Source: a virus
Taxonomy: Duplodnaviria > Caudoviricetes
Virus record (IMG/VR): IMGVR_UViG_3300024051_000004
Coordinates: 1 to 53,069 of that record
DNA: 53,069 nt
Strand: one strand, 5' to 3'
Every line of letters begins with the position of its first letter. Position 1 is the first letter of the stretch. Shown piece by piece: positions 43,504 to 52,944 of the stretch. Below the pieces are notes generated by a model, which was not told where the DNA came from, did no database searches, and saw nothing but the letters and a program-made list of their open reading frames with translations. Both the position numbers and the translations under genes were made by a program.

Positions 43504-45114
43504 TCACGCGCGGCGTTGCGCCGTCGCGTACTGGTCGGCCGTCAGGCCGTACCCCCACGCCGCGGCTGCGACGGGGGTGTCGATGGACGCCGGGACCGTC
43601 AGGCCGAACCGGCGTCGGGTGCCGTCCCGTTCGACGGTCCCGTTCGTGCACAGCAGGACCCGCACGGGCTCGTCGTAGATCCGGGCGGGCACGTCGTACA
43701 GGGCGAGCTCGTTGCCCGGGTTCCCCGGGTCGGGGACCGCGGACCCGACCTGCTTGAGGTTCGCTTCACGGATGAACTGGTCCCAGCCCATGCGTTCGAT
43801 CGCGCACCGGCGGACCTCCGCGTTGGGTTCCTGCAGGATCCGGTCGGTCGACCATCCGGTCTCGATGAGTTCGGCGGGGACCTGCACGCCGTGCCACATG
43901 TACAGGCCCCACCCGTCGGCCCATGCGATGGCGGGGCCGGTCTCGCAGTGCAACCGGTGGGAGCCCCACCCTGTGGGGCCGACCTGTTCGAGGTGGAGGA
44001 CGGTCGGCAGGTCGCACACCATGACGAAGTCGTGGAAGGGCCACCACCATCCGGCGGAGTTCGCGTCGTCCCATGCGCGGGACTTGTCCCACGTGTCGCC
44101 GTCGAGGTGGAGGTTGCACACGTCGCGGAAGAACCCCCAGTAGGCGCCCCACCATGCGGTCCAGTGGCGTCCGGGCCACCGGTTCCACCAGAGCTGGCTG
44201 ATGGTGTCGAACGCGTCGCGCACCGCGCCGCCCACCGCGTCGCCCACCGCGCCGTCCACCGCGTCGCGCACCGCGCCGCGCACCGCGCCGTCCACCGCGC
44301 CGTCCACCGCGCCGCGCACCGCGTCGCGCACCGCGCCGCGCACCGCGCCGTCCACCGCGTCGCGCACCGCGCCGCGCACCGCGTCGCGCACCGCGCCGCC
44401 CACCGCGCCGCGCACCGCGCCGCGCACCGCGCCGCGCACCGCGTCGTCCACCGCGTCGTCCACCGCGCCGCGCACCGCGCCGTCCACCGCGCCGCGCACC
44501 GCGTCGCCCACCGCGCCGTCCACCGCGCCGTCCACCGCGTCGTCCACCGCGCCGCGCACCGCGCCGTCCACCGCGCCGCGCACCGCGCCGCGCACCGCGC
44601 CGTCCACCGCGCCGTCCACCGCGTCGTCCACCGCGCCGCGCACCGCGCCGTCCACCGCGCCGCGCACCGCGCCGCGCACCGCGCCGCGCACCGCGTCGCC
44701 CACCGCGCCGTCCACCGCGCCGTCCACCGCGTCGCGCACCGCGTCGCGCACCGCGCCGCCCACCGCGTCGCCCACCGCGCCGTCCACCGCGCCGTCCACC
44801 GCGTCGCGCACCGCGCCGTCCACCGCGTCGCCCACCGCGCCGCGCACCGCGCCGCGCTTCGACATCGCGATGAGGTACGCAGCCGTCGGGGCCGCGAACG
44901 CCCCAACCAGAGGCGACGACACCCGAACCACCGTCTCCGGGAACTCCACCCCCGCGAACCCGTAACAGCGACGGGCACCCAACTCCCACACCCGCCACTC
45001 CTCCTCCGTCAACGGAGTCGTCCGCCACCCGTACTCGATCCACTCCTGCGCGAACGACCCCATACGGGCCTCCTGCTCAGGAGTGAGCTCGTCGATCCGC
45101 CTCGGCCCCGTCAT
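43504..45114 (-). CDS. DUF6745-like protein with tetrapeptide repeat tract (alternative coupled start at 45153)
   Basis: GWWWPF..VMVCD.P, RLHCETGPAIAWADGWGLYMWHGVQVP, EPNAEVRRCAIERMG. Confidence 0.8.
   Translation of the reverse strand: MTGPRRIDELTPEQEARMGSFAQEWIEYGWRTTPLTEEEWRVWELGARRCYGFAGVEFPETVVRVSSPLVGAFAAPTAAYLIAMSKRGAVRGAVGDAVDGAVRDAVDGAVDGAVGDAVGGAVRDAVRDAVDGAVDGAVGDAVRGAVRGAVRGAVDGAVRGAVDDAVDGAVDGAVRGAVRGAVDGAVRGAVDDAVDGAVDGAVGDAVRGAVDGAVRGAVDDAVDDAVRGAVRGAVRGAVGGAVRDAVRGAVRDAVDGAVRGAVRDAVRGAVDGAVDGAVRGAVRDAVDGAVGDAVGGAVRDAFDTISQLWWNRWPGRHWTAWWGAYWGFFRDVCNLHLDGDTWDKSRAWDDANSAGWWWPFHDFVMVCDLPTVLHLEQVGPTGWGSHRLHCETGPAIAWADGWGLYMWHGVQVPAELIETGWSTDRILQEPNAEVRRCAIERMGWDQFIREANLKQVGSAVPDPGNPGNELALYDVPARIYDEPVRVLLCTNGTVERDGTRRRFGLTVPASIDTPVAAAAWGYGLTADQYATAQRRA
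44221..44856 (-). repeat. 53 x 12-nt coding tandem repeat, [G/D]-A-V-[R/D/G]
   Basis: Plus-strand unit CACCGCG(C/T)CG(CG/TC/CC), exactly five units per 60 nt. Confidence 0.97.
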
Positions 45115-45149
45115 CGCACTGCCTTCCTCGTCCGTGGTGTTGATGCTGG

Positions 45150-45377
45150 TCATGCCGGTTCGCCCGTCTCGTCGACACCCCAGTCGACGTGCATGTCCCG
45201 GTCGTTCACCGTCAGGTGTTCGAGCGTGTCCGCGGCCCGGTCGGCTTCTGCAGCGGTGACCCGCATCCCGGCCGCTGCGGCCTCGCGGGCTTCGTGACGG
45301 AGCATCGCGACGAGGACCAGCCGCGCATGCGTGAGCGTCACCATGACGGGCGCGATGGTGGTGTCGGCGGTGGTCAT
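45150..45377 (-). CDS. Hypothetical protein
   Basis: GGAGG RBS, ATGA overlap. Confidence 0.55.
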   Translation of the reverse strand: MTTADTTIAPVMVTLTHARLVLVAMLRHEAREAAAAGMRVTAAEADRAADTLEHLTVNDRDMHVDWGVDETGEPA

Positions 45378-46099
45378 GCGGTTGCCTCCATGTACTCGGG
45401 GACCGGGTGCACCGGCCACGTGCCGTCCACGACGACGGTCGGGTTGTCGCGCCGCAGCCACTCCTGCAGCGACTCGCACTGCTCACGCCGCCAGTGGACC
45501 TGCCCGTCGTGCAGGACACGGGCGTCAGCAGGCGGGGTGGGCTTCCCTGCTGCGATGAGGGCACGGGGGATCGCCCGGGCGATGTGCACGGCAGCGAGCG
45601 CGTCCGCGTCCGCGGTGTGCGCGGCGTCGAGCTGGACCCCGTAGTGCTCGGCGCACGCGGTGAGGGTGCGCTTCCCGCGCCGGTACCGGTCGGCCTGCTT
45701 GTCGAGGACGAACGGGTCGATCACCGGGGCCGGGGTGAGCGGGATGACGCCGTAACGGCGGGCCTCCCGGTCGAGGACCGTGAAGTCGTAGGCCGCGTTG
45801 AACGCGACCAGCGGGGTCCCGCTCTTGATCGCACTGTCGAGTGCCGCGATGACCTCCGCGACCACGTTGCGCGCCGGGAAGCCGTGCGTGCGCGCGTGCC
45901 CGGTGGTCACGCCGTGCACGGCCGTCGCCCCCTCGGGGATGTCGACGCCCGGGTCGGCCAGCCACGTCATAGGAGCGGTCGAGCCGTCATCTCCGACCAC
46001 GACCACGCACGCGGTGACGATGCGCGCCTCGTCCGGGTCGGGACCCGTTGTCTCGAGGTCGAACCCGACGAGCGGGCCATCCCACCATGCGGCGCTCAC
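45374..46099 (-). CDS. DnaQ-like DEDDh 3'-5' exonuclease
   Basis: FDLETTG, FNAAYD, IDP, AHTADADA. Confidence 0.92.
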   Translation of the reverse strand: MSAAWWDGPLVGFDLETTGPDPDEARIVTACVVVVGDDGSTAPMTWLADPGVDIPEGATAVHGVTTGHARTHGFPARNVVAEVIAALDSAIKSGTPLVAFNAAYDFTVLDREARRYGVIPLTPAPVIDPFVLDKQADRYRRGKRTLTACAEHYGVQLDAAHTADADALAAVHIARAIPRALIAAGKPTPPADARVLHDGQVHWRREQCESLQEWLRRDNPTVVVDGTWPVHPVPEYMEATA

Positions 46100-47094
46100 G
46101 CCGCACCGCCGTCGACGGGCGGGAACATGTCGTCGCCCTCGGTCGCAGGCTCAGCCGTGTCCTGCTCGAGCGTGTCGATCACCGTGTTCGCTTCGGCGCG
46201 CGTCAGGTCCTTCGTGGACTCGACCTTGCGGCCCACGAGCGACGAGATCAACGGCAGGGCCGCGTCCTTCTCCCCGGCACCAGCCTGCCGCAGCATGGCG
46301 TGCAGCTTGCGGTTCTGCGCCGGGGTGATCAGCGGTGCATCCGCGGGTTCGGGGTCGACGACCTCCGCGTCGTGCACGTCCTCGGCCGGGGTCTGGAACT
46401 CCTGGTCGACCTCGTCCGGTGCGGCAGCCGGGACCGCGGCGCGCAGCCGCGACACCCCCGACCGCTCCGACACCGTCCCGTCGTGAACCGTCGAATCGTC
46501 CACCCGCTCGAGGCGACCCATCTCGTCCGCCGTGTGCAGACCCGACAGGTCCTGCGGGAACGCCCGGCGCAGCGCCAGGGCCTCCGCGCACTTCGCGAGC
46601 ATCAGCGCAGGCTTCGACGACCACATGCTGTTCGGCCTCCCGTCACGCTTGAGCGCGACGTACTCCGAATACAGGGCGATCGCCGGGTACCGCTGCCCGT
46701 CACGGACGACCGTGACCTTCGCCGCAGCAGGGGCATCGGCCGACAGCCACACGTCCCGCCACTGCCCGTCCGGGCCGCACCACAGGGTGTCCTCGTACCC
46801 GAACGTCCCACCCGCACGATCGGTCGCACGGCGGGCGACGAGCCGGAACCCGTCGATGCCCGTCTGGATCGTCTGCTTCCCGAGCCGCTCGATCATGTAG
46901 ATCTGCCGGGCGAACGGGTCGAGACCCGTGCGGACCGAGTGGTGGAAGAACACGGCGAGGTCCGCGTTCGTCGCGTGGTCCACACCGAGCTGCCGCAGAG
47001 CGGCGACCTGCTTCTCGGTGAAGAACGTCTGCCCGGGGTCGATGGTCAGGTCGGTCGACCCGCCTGCCCTGACGGTCACATCGGTGGTGGTCAT
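46096..47094 (-). CDS. RecT/Red-beta single-strand annealing protein
   Basis: GLDPFARQIY, QTGIDGFR, W...PALMLAKCAEALALRRAFP. Confidence 0.92.
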   Translation of the reverse strand: MTTTDVTVRAGGSTDLTIDPGQTFFTEKQVAALRQLGVDHATNADLAVFFHHSVRTGLDPFARQIYMIERLGKQTIQTGIDGFRLVARRATDRAGGTFGYEDTLWCGPDGQWRDVWLSADAPAAAKVTVVRDGQRYPAIALYSEYVALKRDGRPNSMWSSKPALMLAKCAEALALRRAFPQDLSGLHTADEMGRLERVDDSTVHDGTVSERSGVSRLRAAVPAAAPDEVDQEFQTPAEDVHDAEVVDPEPADAPLITPAQNRKLHAMLRQAGAGEKDAALPLISSLVGRKVESTKDLTRAEANTVIDTLEQDTAEPATEGDDMFPPVDGGAA

Positions 47095-47993
47095 GCTGCT
47101 GATGCCTTCCTGGTGGTGGTCTTCGGGGTGATGGCGTACAGGGCGACCGACCCGTGCGAACCGGGCTGCCGGCGCACGATGTCGACGCCCCCGCACCGGC
47201 CAATGCGGGCGTCACCGAGGGCGTCCCGCACCGCGGTCTGCGTGGCACGGATCCGCGCTTCGAGGGCCTTGATCTGGGCGAACTCCGCAGCCAGGTCCGG
47301 GTCAAGATCAACGACCCCGTCCGGGTTGATGCCCGGGTGCCGGACCTTCTCCGCCCGCCACGTGGCCTGCGACCCGTCGATCGGCGGGATCGCATCCGGG
47401 TCGTCGAGAGACGTCAGGAACCGGCGGCACTGGTCCTCGATGTCAGCCCCCAGGTCCGGGTCGTACGTCACGACGTACTCGCGCATGTCGAGGAACTGCG
47501 TCAGGAGCACGATGTGCGCCGTCTTGACGGCCGCGCCGCTGCGCCCGTGAGACAGGTGCATCGCCCACATCAGCTGTGCCGCGTAGTAGGCCGGGACCTC
47601 GTCGGTGCCGGGGGTGCCCCATTCGGCGTCGTCGCGGGACGTCTTCGCGTCGAGGTACACCGGGTCAACACCGGGGCCAGTGCCGATCGCGTCAGGGGTG
47701 GCGGCAGCCCAGTGGAGTCGCCGGTTCGTCACGGTCGGCTGCCGACGGACCCGGGTGAACTCGGGGTGCTGGTCGACCCACCAGTCGATGAGCCCGTTCT
47801 CGAGGTAGTGCCCGCGGGCCTTCTCGGTGGTGTTGCGGCCGTCGTCCCAGGGGATCTCGCCGCGCATCTTGAGCCACAGGGACCGACGGGATTCCCAGTT
47901 GTCGGGTGCGATGCCGAGGATCGCGGCGACCTTCGATGCGGTGATGAGGTGCCGCCAGGTGTCCGAACCGGGCGTCAGGTCGAGGGCCGTCAC
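47091..47993 (-). CDS. YqaJ/RecE-like exonuclease
   Basis: ITASKVAAILG, RGHYLE, ATPD, DAKT, VPAYYAAQLMW. Confidence 0.9.
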   Translation of the reverse strand: MTALDLTPGSDTWRHLITASKVAAILGIAPDNWESRRSLWLKMRGEIPWDDGRNTTEKARGHYLENGLIDWWVDQHPEFTRVRRQPTVTNRRLHWAAATPDAIGTGPGVDPVYLDAKTSRDDAEWGTPGTDEVPAYYAAQLMWAMHLSHGRSGAAVKTAHIVLLTQFLDMREYVVTYDPDLGADIEDQCRRFLTSLDDPDAIPPIDGSQATWRAEKVRHPGINPDGVVDLDPDLAAEFAQIKALEARIRATQTAVRDALGDARIGRCGGVDIVRRQPGSHGSVALYAITPKTTTRKASAA

Positions 47994-48601
47994 GGGGTCA
48001 CCTCGATGCCCAGGGCGACGCGCACGATGTGCAGCGCCCACCCGGCCTTGTAGTCTCCGCCGTGCGCTTCGATGGCGGCGCCGCACCCGATGCAATGCGG
48101 ACCGGCGGGTCCGGAGGAGTAGTTCGGGTGAGCGCAGACCACCTGCTCCGCGCTCTCCGCACTCACGCCCGGCGCGGCGTCCACGCCCGGCGCGGCCGCC
48201 AGATCGACCCCGGCGCGGATCGCGACAGTGCAGATCTTGCTGTCGAGGCGGGGCCGTGCGCTGCCGTCGTGCCCGACGATGTGCTCGACCGCACCCAACG
48301 CGGTCACGGCGACGTCGAGCAGCTCGTCGACCACGTGCATCGTCGAGTGCGTGATGCCCTTGCGGGGGTTCTGCCCGGTCGCGCCGATGAACGCGGCGAT
48401 GACCTCCCCGGTTTCCTCGGCGAGCTTCGCGATCCGACCCCACGTGATCGCCTCGGGGTCGCGGCCCGTGTTGCCGTCGTCGATCCACCGGGACAGGGCG
48501 ACGAGCGCCTTCCCGGCGTCGATCGTGGGGGCGGTCTGCCCGTCGCGGCGTGCGACGACCACCCTGGCGGACTCGTCGGCGGTGGTGATCGACTCAGCCA
48601 C
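47990..48601 (-). CDS. MazG-like nucleotide pyrophosphohydrolase
   Basis: KLAEETGEV...GQNPRKG...DELLDV. Confidence 0.85.
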   Translation of the reverse strand: MAESITTADESARVVVARRDGQTAPTIDAGKALVALSRWIDDGNTGRDPEAITWGRIAKLAEETGEVIAAFIGATGQNPRKGITHSTMHVVDELLDVAVTALGAVEHIVGHDGSARPRLDSKICTVAIRAGVDLAAAPGVDAAPGVSAESAEQVVCAHPNYSSGPAGPHCIGCGAAIEAHGGDYKAGWALHIVRVALGIEVTP

Positions 48602-48848
48602 GGGGCACCTCCGTCAGGTCCGCGATCGCGTCGAGCACGTCCAGAACAGCCGCGTCCGCCGCACCCGTCGGGGTCGGCGGGGCGACGAACGCCAGACCCG
48701 TCACCCCGTCACGACGAGGGGCGACATGCGGGGCCTCACGGTGCGAGAACAGGTCCGTCATCTCAGTGCGCTCCGATCACGTGTCGGGCCGTCACACGGG
48801 CGGCCAACAGGTACAGGCGGGTCAGATACCAGGCGGTACGGGTCCGGT

Positions 48849-49130
48849 TCACTGCGGCCACCCCCCGTCGTCCGGGTCGTCGAACAGCGCAGCCCACCGG
48901 TCCACACCGGCGTTCCACCGCTTCGACCACTCGTCGACCACGGCGTCCTCCAACGCCTTCCGGTCCACACCGTCACCACCACACGCCGTGCACGACACCT
49001 GCGTCGTCGGCGTGCAGTCCGGGCACTGCGGGACCCGCTCCGGGTCGTCCAGGAGCTCCCGGCGGATCGCGTCCATGCCGTCGTCCTCCCGGAATGTCCC
49101 GAGAGCCAGCGCATAGTCGTGGCCGGTCAC
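48849..49130 (-). CDS. Hypothetical protein with CxxC pairs
   Basis: CPDC, CTACGGDG; coupled. Confidence 0.5.
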   Translation of the reverse strand: MTGHDYALALGTFREDDGMDAIRRELLDDPERVPQCPDCTPTTQVSCTACGGDGVDRKALEDAVVDEWSKRWNAGVDRWAALFDDPDDGGWPQ

Positions 49131-49514
49131 GGTCGTGCCCCGAGGATCCGGGCGTCACGCAGGGCACGGGCGCGCCGCACCACCGTGTCGAGGAGGACGA
49201 CACCGCGCGCGTACTCGCGGGCGTGGTCGAGACCACCCATGTCGAGGGTCATCCCGCACGCCGTCCCGAGGGCCCCACGGGCGTGCACCGCGGCGTCGTG
49301 CCCGCGGGCGTACATGCGGGCCGTGTGCAGGACGTGCGCCGCCCACCGACGGGACTCGTCCACCGCGACCGGTGCGGTCGTCGCGGTCACCGGGACCGCC
49401 CCCACGGCGCCTGCCACGTCGGACGGTACGACCCGTCCAGCGCGGTCCGGTCCTGCACGCTCAGCATCGCGGACGTCGACTCGTCGCACACGAACCATCC
49501 GATGATCCGGCGGA

Positions 49515-49898
49515 TCACGACGCCACCTGCCTGGTGCACGTGCACTCCGACACCGCGTACAGGTGCTGTCGGGTCGCGCACGACTCGTCGTGACCGGCGG
49601 CGCGTGCCGCGTCGAACACGGACAGGCGCGTCATGGTCCGCTGGGTGGACACGGTCATCCCGTCGACCTTGCCGAGCCACACCTCGATCGGGTCGCTGTC
49701 CGGGTAGGTGAACACCTGCCGGTTGGTCAGCCCCAGGATGTCCGCGAGGATGGCCGTCTGGTCCTTGTGCGCCGCGGACATCGACACGGAGGTCGTGCAC
49801 ACGGAGGGCTGCGCGAGGATCCCCGCAGCCTCCGCCTTCGCGACGAGGTCCATCGCGACCCGCAGTGCGGGCAGGTAGCTGGTCATCGTCGTCATCAC
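49515..49898 (-). CDS. Hypothetical protein
   Basis: GTGA-coupled early gene. Confidence 0.5.
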   Translation of the reverse strand: MMTTMTSYLPALRVAMDLVAKAEAAGILAQPSVCTTSVSMSAAHKDQTAILADILGLTNRQVFTYPDSDPIEVWLGKVDGMTVSTQRTMTRLSVFDAARAAGHDESCATRQHLYAVSECTCTRQVAS

Positions 49899-50119
49899 GC
49901 CACGACCTTCAGGATGCTGGCCCACTGCGGGTCGTCGTCGACGACGACCGGGCTGTGCGCCTCGACCGCGTGGTCGTACCAGCGGGTGAACGCCTGGAAC
50001 GCGGCCAGGACGTCCTCGTGGGGGGTGCCGCGCGCGACCATCGGCCGCAACCGCTTCTCCGCGGCGGCGAGCACCCACTGCGGGGACGGGCCACGCGTGC
50101 TGCTGGTGGTGTTCGACAT
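49895..50119 (-). CDS. Hypothetical protein
   Basis: AGGAAGG RBS. Confidence 0.55.
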   Translation of the reverse strand: MSNTTSSTRGPSPQWVLAAAEKRLRPMVARGTPHEDVLAAFQAFTRWYDHAVEAHSPVVVDDDPQWASILKVVA

Positions 50120-50206
50120 GGTGTGCGAACCTTCCTGTGAGGTGAGGGTCGGCCTGGTTCCTGGCGGGACGGGGGTCGACCCTCGCTGGTTGTGCTGGGC
50201 GTCAGA

Positions 50207-50476
50207 TCACTTCGTCTGGTTGTTGCGGTTGCGGGACTGTGCGGCGCGGGACCGGGTGCTGCGCGGTTCGATCCGTTCGGGGTCGGTGACGGTGGTGACC
50301 CCGGTGGCCTTGCGTGCACGCCATGCCTGGTACGTGTCGGTGTCGACCCGCCACGGCCCGCCGGGGACGATCTGGAACGCGCCGCCGATGAGCCCGGCGC
50401 GCATGTGCTGCACGGCGGTGAACACCGACACCTGCAGGTCGTCTGCGACCTGCCGGGGCGTCATCGTCGACATCAC
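50207..50476 (-). CDS. Excisionase-like winged HTH
   Basis: MTPRQVADDLQVS...GGPWRV; early operon position. Confidence 0.7.
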   Translation of the reverse strand: MMSTMTPRQVADDLQVSVFTAVQHMRAGLIGGAFQIVPGGPWRVDTDTYQAWRARKATGVTTVTDPERIEPRSTRSRAAQSRNRNNQTK

Positions 50477-50805
50477 GCCACCGCCTCAGGGGGGATCGGC
50501 CGGGTCAGGCGCCGTACCTGCGTGCGCTTCGTCCCGTTCCGGGATGCCCGGTTGCCGTTGTCCCGGTACCTGCCGGTCGGGGTGAGGTACCCGGCACGCA
50601 CGAGACGGCACGTGACCGCCCCGACCTGTGCAGGGTTCACCCACGACGGCAGGTGCTCACGGACCCGGTCGGCGGACACGAGCCCGCCGTGCTCGGCGGC
50701 GGTGCGCATGATCGCCTCACGCACGGCCTGCCGGGACTCGACCCGGGAGGGCCGCCAGTCACGGGCGACGACGTCGATCTCATCGAACAGAGCTGGGGTG
50801 CTCAT
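50473..50805 (-). CDS. Hypothetical DNA-binding protein
   Basis: VSADRVR..LP..VNPAQVGA...LVRAG winged-helix-like. Confidence 0.55.
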   Translation of the reverse strand: MSTPALFDEIDVVARDWRPSRVESRQAVREAIMRTAAEHGGLVSADRVREHLPSWVNPAQVGAVTCRLVRAGYLTPTGRYRDNGNRASRNGTKRTQVRRLTRPIPPEAVA

Positions 50806-51086
50806 CGCGTCACATGCTCGGGCTCGAACGGGTCGAGGTTCCCGGTGTACGGGTTGCGCAGCCACCAGTTCCCGGCCTCGTCACGCTCGGCGACGAGGTG
50901 CCGCTGCTGGGTGACGTCGGACCACACCTGCACGTGCCCCGGGAGACCGGACGCGGTGAGGGCGGCGCACGCCGCGCGCAGCGTGGGGGCCTGACGGGCC
51001 ACCTCGACACCGAAGCGCTTGCCGTTCTCGCGGCGCATGTGCGCGTCCGCGTAGTACCGACCACGTGCGATCCGGCGGCCCATCAC
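50802..51086 (-). CDS. Hypothetical protein
   Basis: Coupled to Cro-like gene. Confidence 0.55.
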   Translation of the reverse strand: MMGRRIARGRYYADAHMRRENGKRFGVEVARQAPTLRAACAALTASGLPGHVQVWSDVTQQRHLVAERDEAGNWWLRNPYTGNLDPFEPEHVTR

Positions 51087-51343
51087 GCCACCGCCGACGG
51101 CATGTCACGCTGGACGGTTGACACCTTGACCACGAACAGGGCGTCGACGGGCACGTCGAGAACCTCACAGATCGCCTTGGCGCGCTCCGGGGACGTCTGC
51201 TTCACGTGACCGGACATCAGGTGCCCGATCGTCGCCTTCGACGTCGGCACCCCCTTGTGCGCGGCCGCGGCCGCCAGCGACCGAGCCGACTGCCCCCGGT
51301 ACGCCATGTACCGGCGGAACGCGTCACGTGACACGAGCTCCAC
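51083..51343 (-). CDS. Cro-like XRE HTH regulator
   Basis: GAGGAGG RBS; SARSLA...SKATIGHLMSG...AKAICEVLDVPVDALF; divergent from repressor. Confidence 0.85.
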   Translation of the reverse strand: MELVSRDAFRRYMAYRGQSARSLAAAAAHKGVPTSKATIGHLMSGHVKQTSPERAKAICEVLDVPVDALFVVKVSTVQRDMPSAVA

Positions 51344-51400
51344 GTCGAACCTCCTCACCGTCGTACGCACCACCGTGCTCCGTCCTGTCCTGTGTGTCAA

Positions 51401-51530
51401 CTGTCACGCTAGACGATAGACGGATCTGTCTAACGGCGCAAGGGTGAAGATGTGCCGATATGAGCGTGAGGCTCCTGCTCACACATGTGTAGTTCGTAGA
51501 TGCTCCGTCTAACCTGTCGCTAGACAGAAC
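51401..51530. promoter_or_regulatory. Lysis/lysogeny switch with candidate operators
   Basis: AT-richer intergenic; TAGACGGATCTGTCTA near-palindrome 51417-51432, TAGATGCTCCGTCTA 51497-51511, extra TAGAC half-sites. Confidence 0.65.
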
Positions 51531-51555
51531 GCGTCCGCACAGTGAGGGTCGGCCC

Positions 51556-52191
51556 GTGAGCGAAGACATCCCGCAGCAGTGGCGGGCGATCCTCGAACCG
51601 AAGCGCATCCACTCCTACCGCGACCTCGCCAGGGCCGCGGACAAGTCACACGAGACGGTGCGCAGGGTCGTCCTCGGGCACCGCACATCACCCGCATCCG
51701 TCCAAGCAGTCGCAGACGCGGCCGGGGTGCAACCCGAACGCGTCTACGAGCTCCGCGGGGAGAGCGCGCCCGACACGAGCCGGGAGTGGACCCCGCCGGC
51801 GGTGTCCTCGTCGCTCACGTTCGAGGAGCGTGAGGCGCTGTCGCGGCTCATCTCCGCTGTCGTCCGGGCGCGAGAGGAGAGTGGTGGCGATGACCGAGAC
51901 GCCGCCTCCATGAGGGCACAGGTCACCGGTGACCTGCTCGACCAGGTGCGGGTGCTGATCCGTGCCGCCGAGGAAGGGCAGGCGCCGATGCGCGTGCTCG
52001 ACGCGATGCTTGAACTGTTGCCGTTCACGGGTGGGCATGACGACCTTCGGGTCACCGCGCTGGCTGCATTCACGGATGCGTCGGGGCCGGGGGTTCGGGT
52101 CAGAGATCGGGGCCGGACCCCCGGCACGACTCCAGGACCAGGAAGTCCAGTGCGTCGCGCCAGTCCGCGGGGGGCAGGCCGCGGCGGATGA
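51556..52191 (+). CDS. Immunity repressor
   Basis: N-terminal HTH SYRDLARAADKSHETVRR; WTPP...LTFEEREALSRLI; divergent from Cro. Confidence 0.75.
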   Translation: MSEDIPQQWRAILEPKRIHSYRDLARAADKSHETVRRVVLGHRTSPASVQAVADAAGVQPERVYELRGESAPDTSREWTPPAVSSSLTFEEREALSRLISAVVRAREESGGDDRDAASMRAQVTGDLLDQVRVLIRAAEEGQAPMRVLDAMLELLPFTGGHDDLRVTALAAFTDASGPGVRVRDRGRTPGTTPGPGSPVRRASPRGAGRGG

Positions 52192-52297
52192 GCCCGACAC
52201 GTTGCGTGGGGACGAAGCACACGTGCGACGGCAGCCCGTCGACCTCGACGAGCTTGATGCCCAACGCTTCGACGAGCATGTCGATGCTGTCCTCCAC
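52100..52297 (-). CDS. Small protein resembling ImmA/IrrE N-terminus without HExxH
   Basis: LGIKLVEVDGLP...FVP..RVGLIRRGL; GC3-rich codons; overlaps repressor 3' end. Confidence 0.45.
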   Translation of the reverse strand: MEDSIDMLVEALGIKLVEVDGLPSHVCFVPTQRVGLIRRGLPPADWRDALDFLVLESCRGSGPDL

Positions 52298-52454
52298 GAT
52301 GCACCCCCACGTGCTCCGCGCCGCAGACCGTGGCGCCTACCATGCCGGGACGCCCACCGGTTGCGCGTCGGCCGGTCGGGTGAGATGTGGACGTTGGGCG
52401 GGGTGGCCTGGCGGGGGAGCGTTCCTGGGATCGAGTGGAACGGGAGACCCCCAG

Positions 52455-52823
52455 ATGGACGAGGACCTGACGACGTTGCGGGACACGGCACGGCTGCGCG
52501 GTCAGCTCATCGGTGTGCAGGTGCGTGCGGCACGCAAGACGGCAGGGCTGTCGCAGGAGCAGCTTGCGCTGTCCGCTGGCTTGTCGGTGTACGCGGTGCA
52601 GCATCTCGAGCGGCAGGGGCAGGGTGACGTGACGGATCTGCTCGCGTTGTGCGCGGTGGCGGGGGTGGATGTGGTGGAGGTCGTGGCGCGGGCGTTGGGG
52701 TCGGGGTCGGCGGTGCGGATCGCGTCGCCGCAGTCGTCGACTGTGGGTGGGGTGACGGTGCAGTCCGCGGGGGATGTGTCGGTGGATGTGGGCGACGTCG
52801 ACGTGTCGGTGTCGCAGGCGTGA
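52455..52823 (+). CDS. XRE-family HTH regulator
   Basis: IGVQVRAARKTAGLSQEQLALSAGLS...LERQG; GGGAG RBS. Confidence 0.85.
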   Translation: MDEDLTTLRDTARLRGQLIGVQVRAARKTAGLSQEQLALSAGLSVYAVQHLERQGQGDVTDLLALCAVAGVDVVEVVARALGSGSAVRIASPQSSTVGGVTVQSAGDVSVDVGDVDVSVSQA

Positions 52824-52944
52824 TCGGCGTGTCCACGGACACAAGGGGAGGTGTCCACGACCCATGAAACGCAACATGGTTACACGGGTGTGATTCCCGG
52901 GTGACCTGCATTGACGCTGGTCACAGCCGTATCCGGTTCGTCGG

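Noticed and set aside
44221-44856. 12-nt repeat as a CRISPR or guide-RNA array for the Cas module
   Set aside because: No unique spacers; it lies in frame between conserved domains of a protein gene
43501-45297. Long alternative-frame ORFs (AHRA, ARRG, TAPR, ARCA repeats)
   Set aside because: Artefacts of a stop-free GC-rich repeat; only one frame carries the DUF6745 motifs
291-50914. Many long plus-strand ORFs (e.g. 5133-7145, 18028-20262, 24923-27130)
   Set aside because: Antisense shadows of high-GC3 minus-strand genes; Arg/Pro/Gly-rich with no motifs
51556-52191. Integration-dependent immunity (att inside repressor)
   Set aside because: The att core is about 750 bp downstream of the repressor stop, beyond another gene
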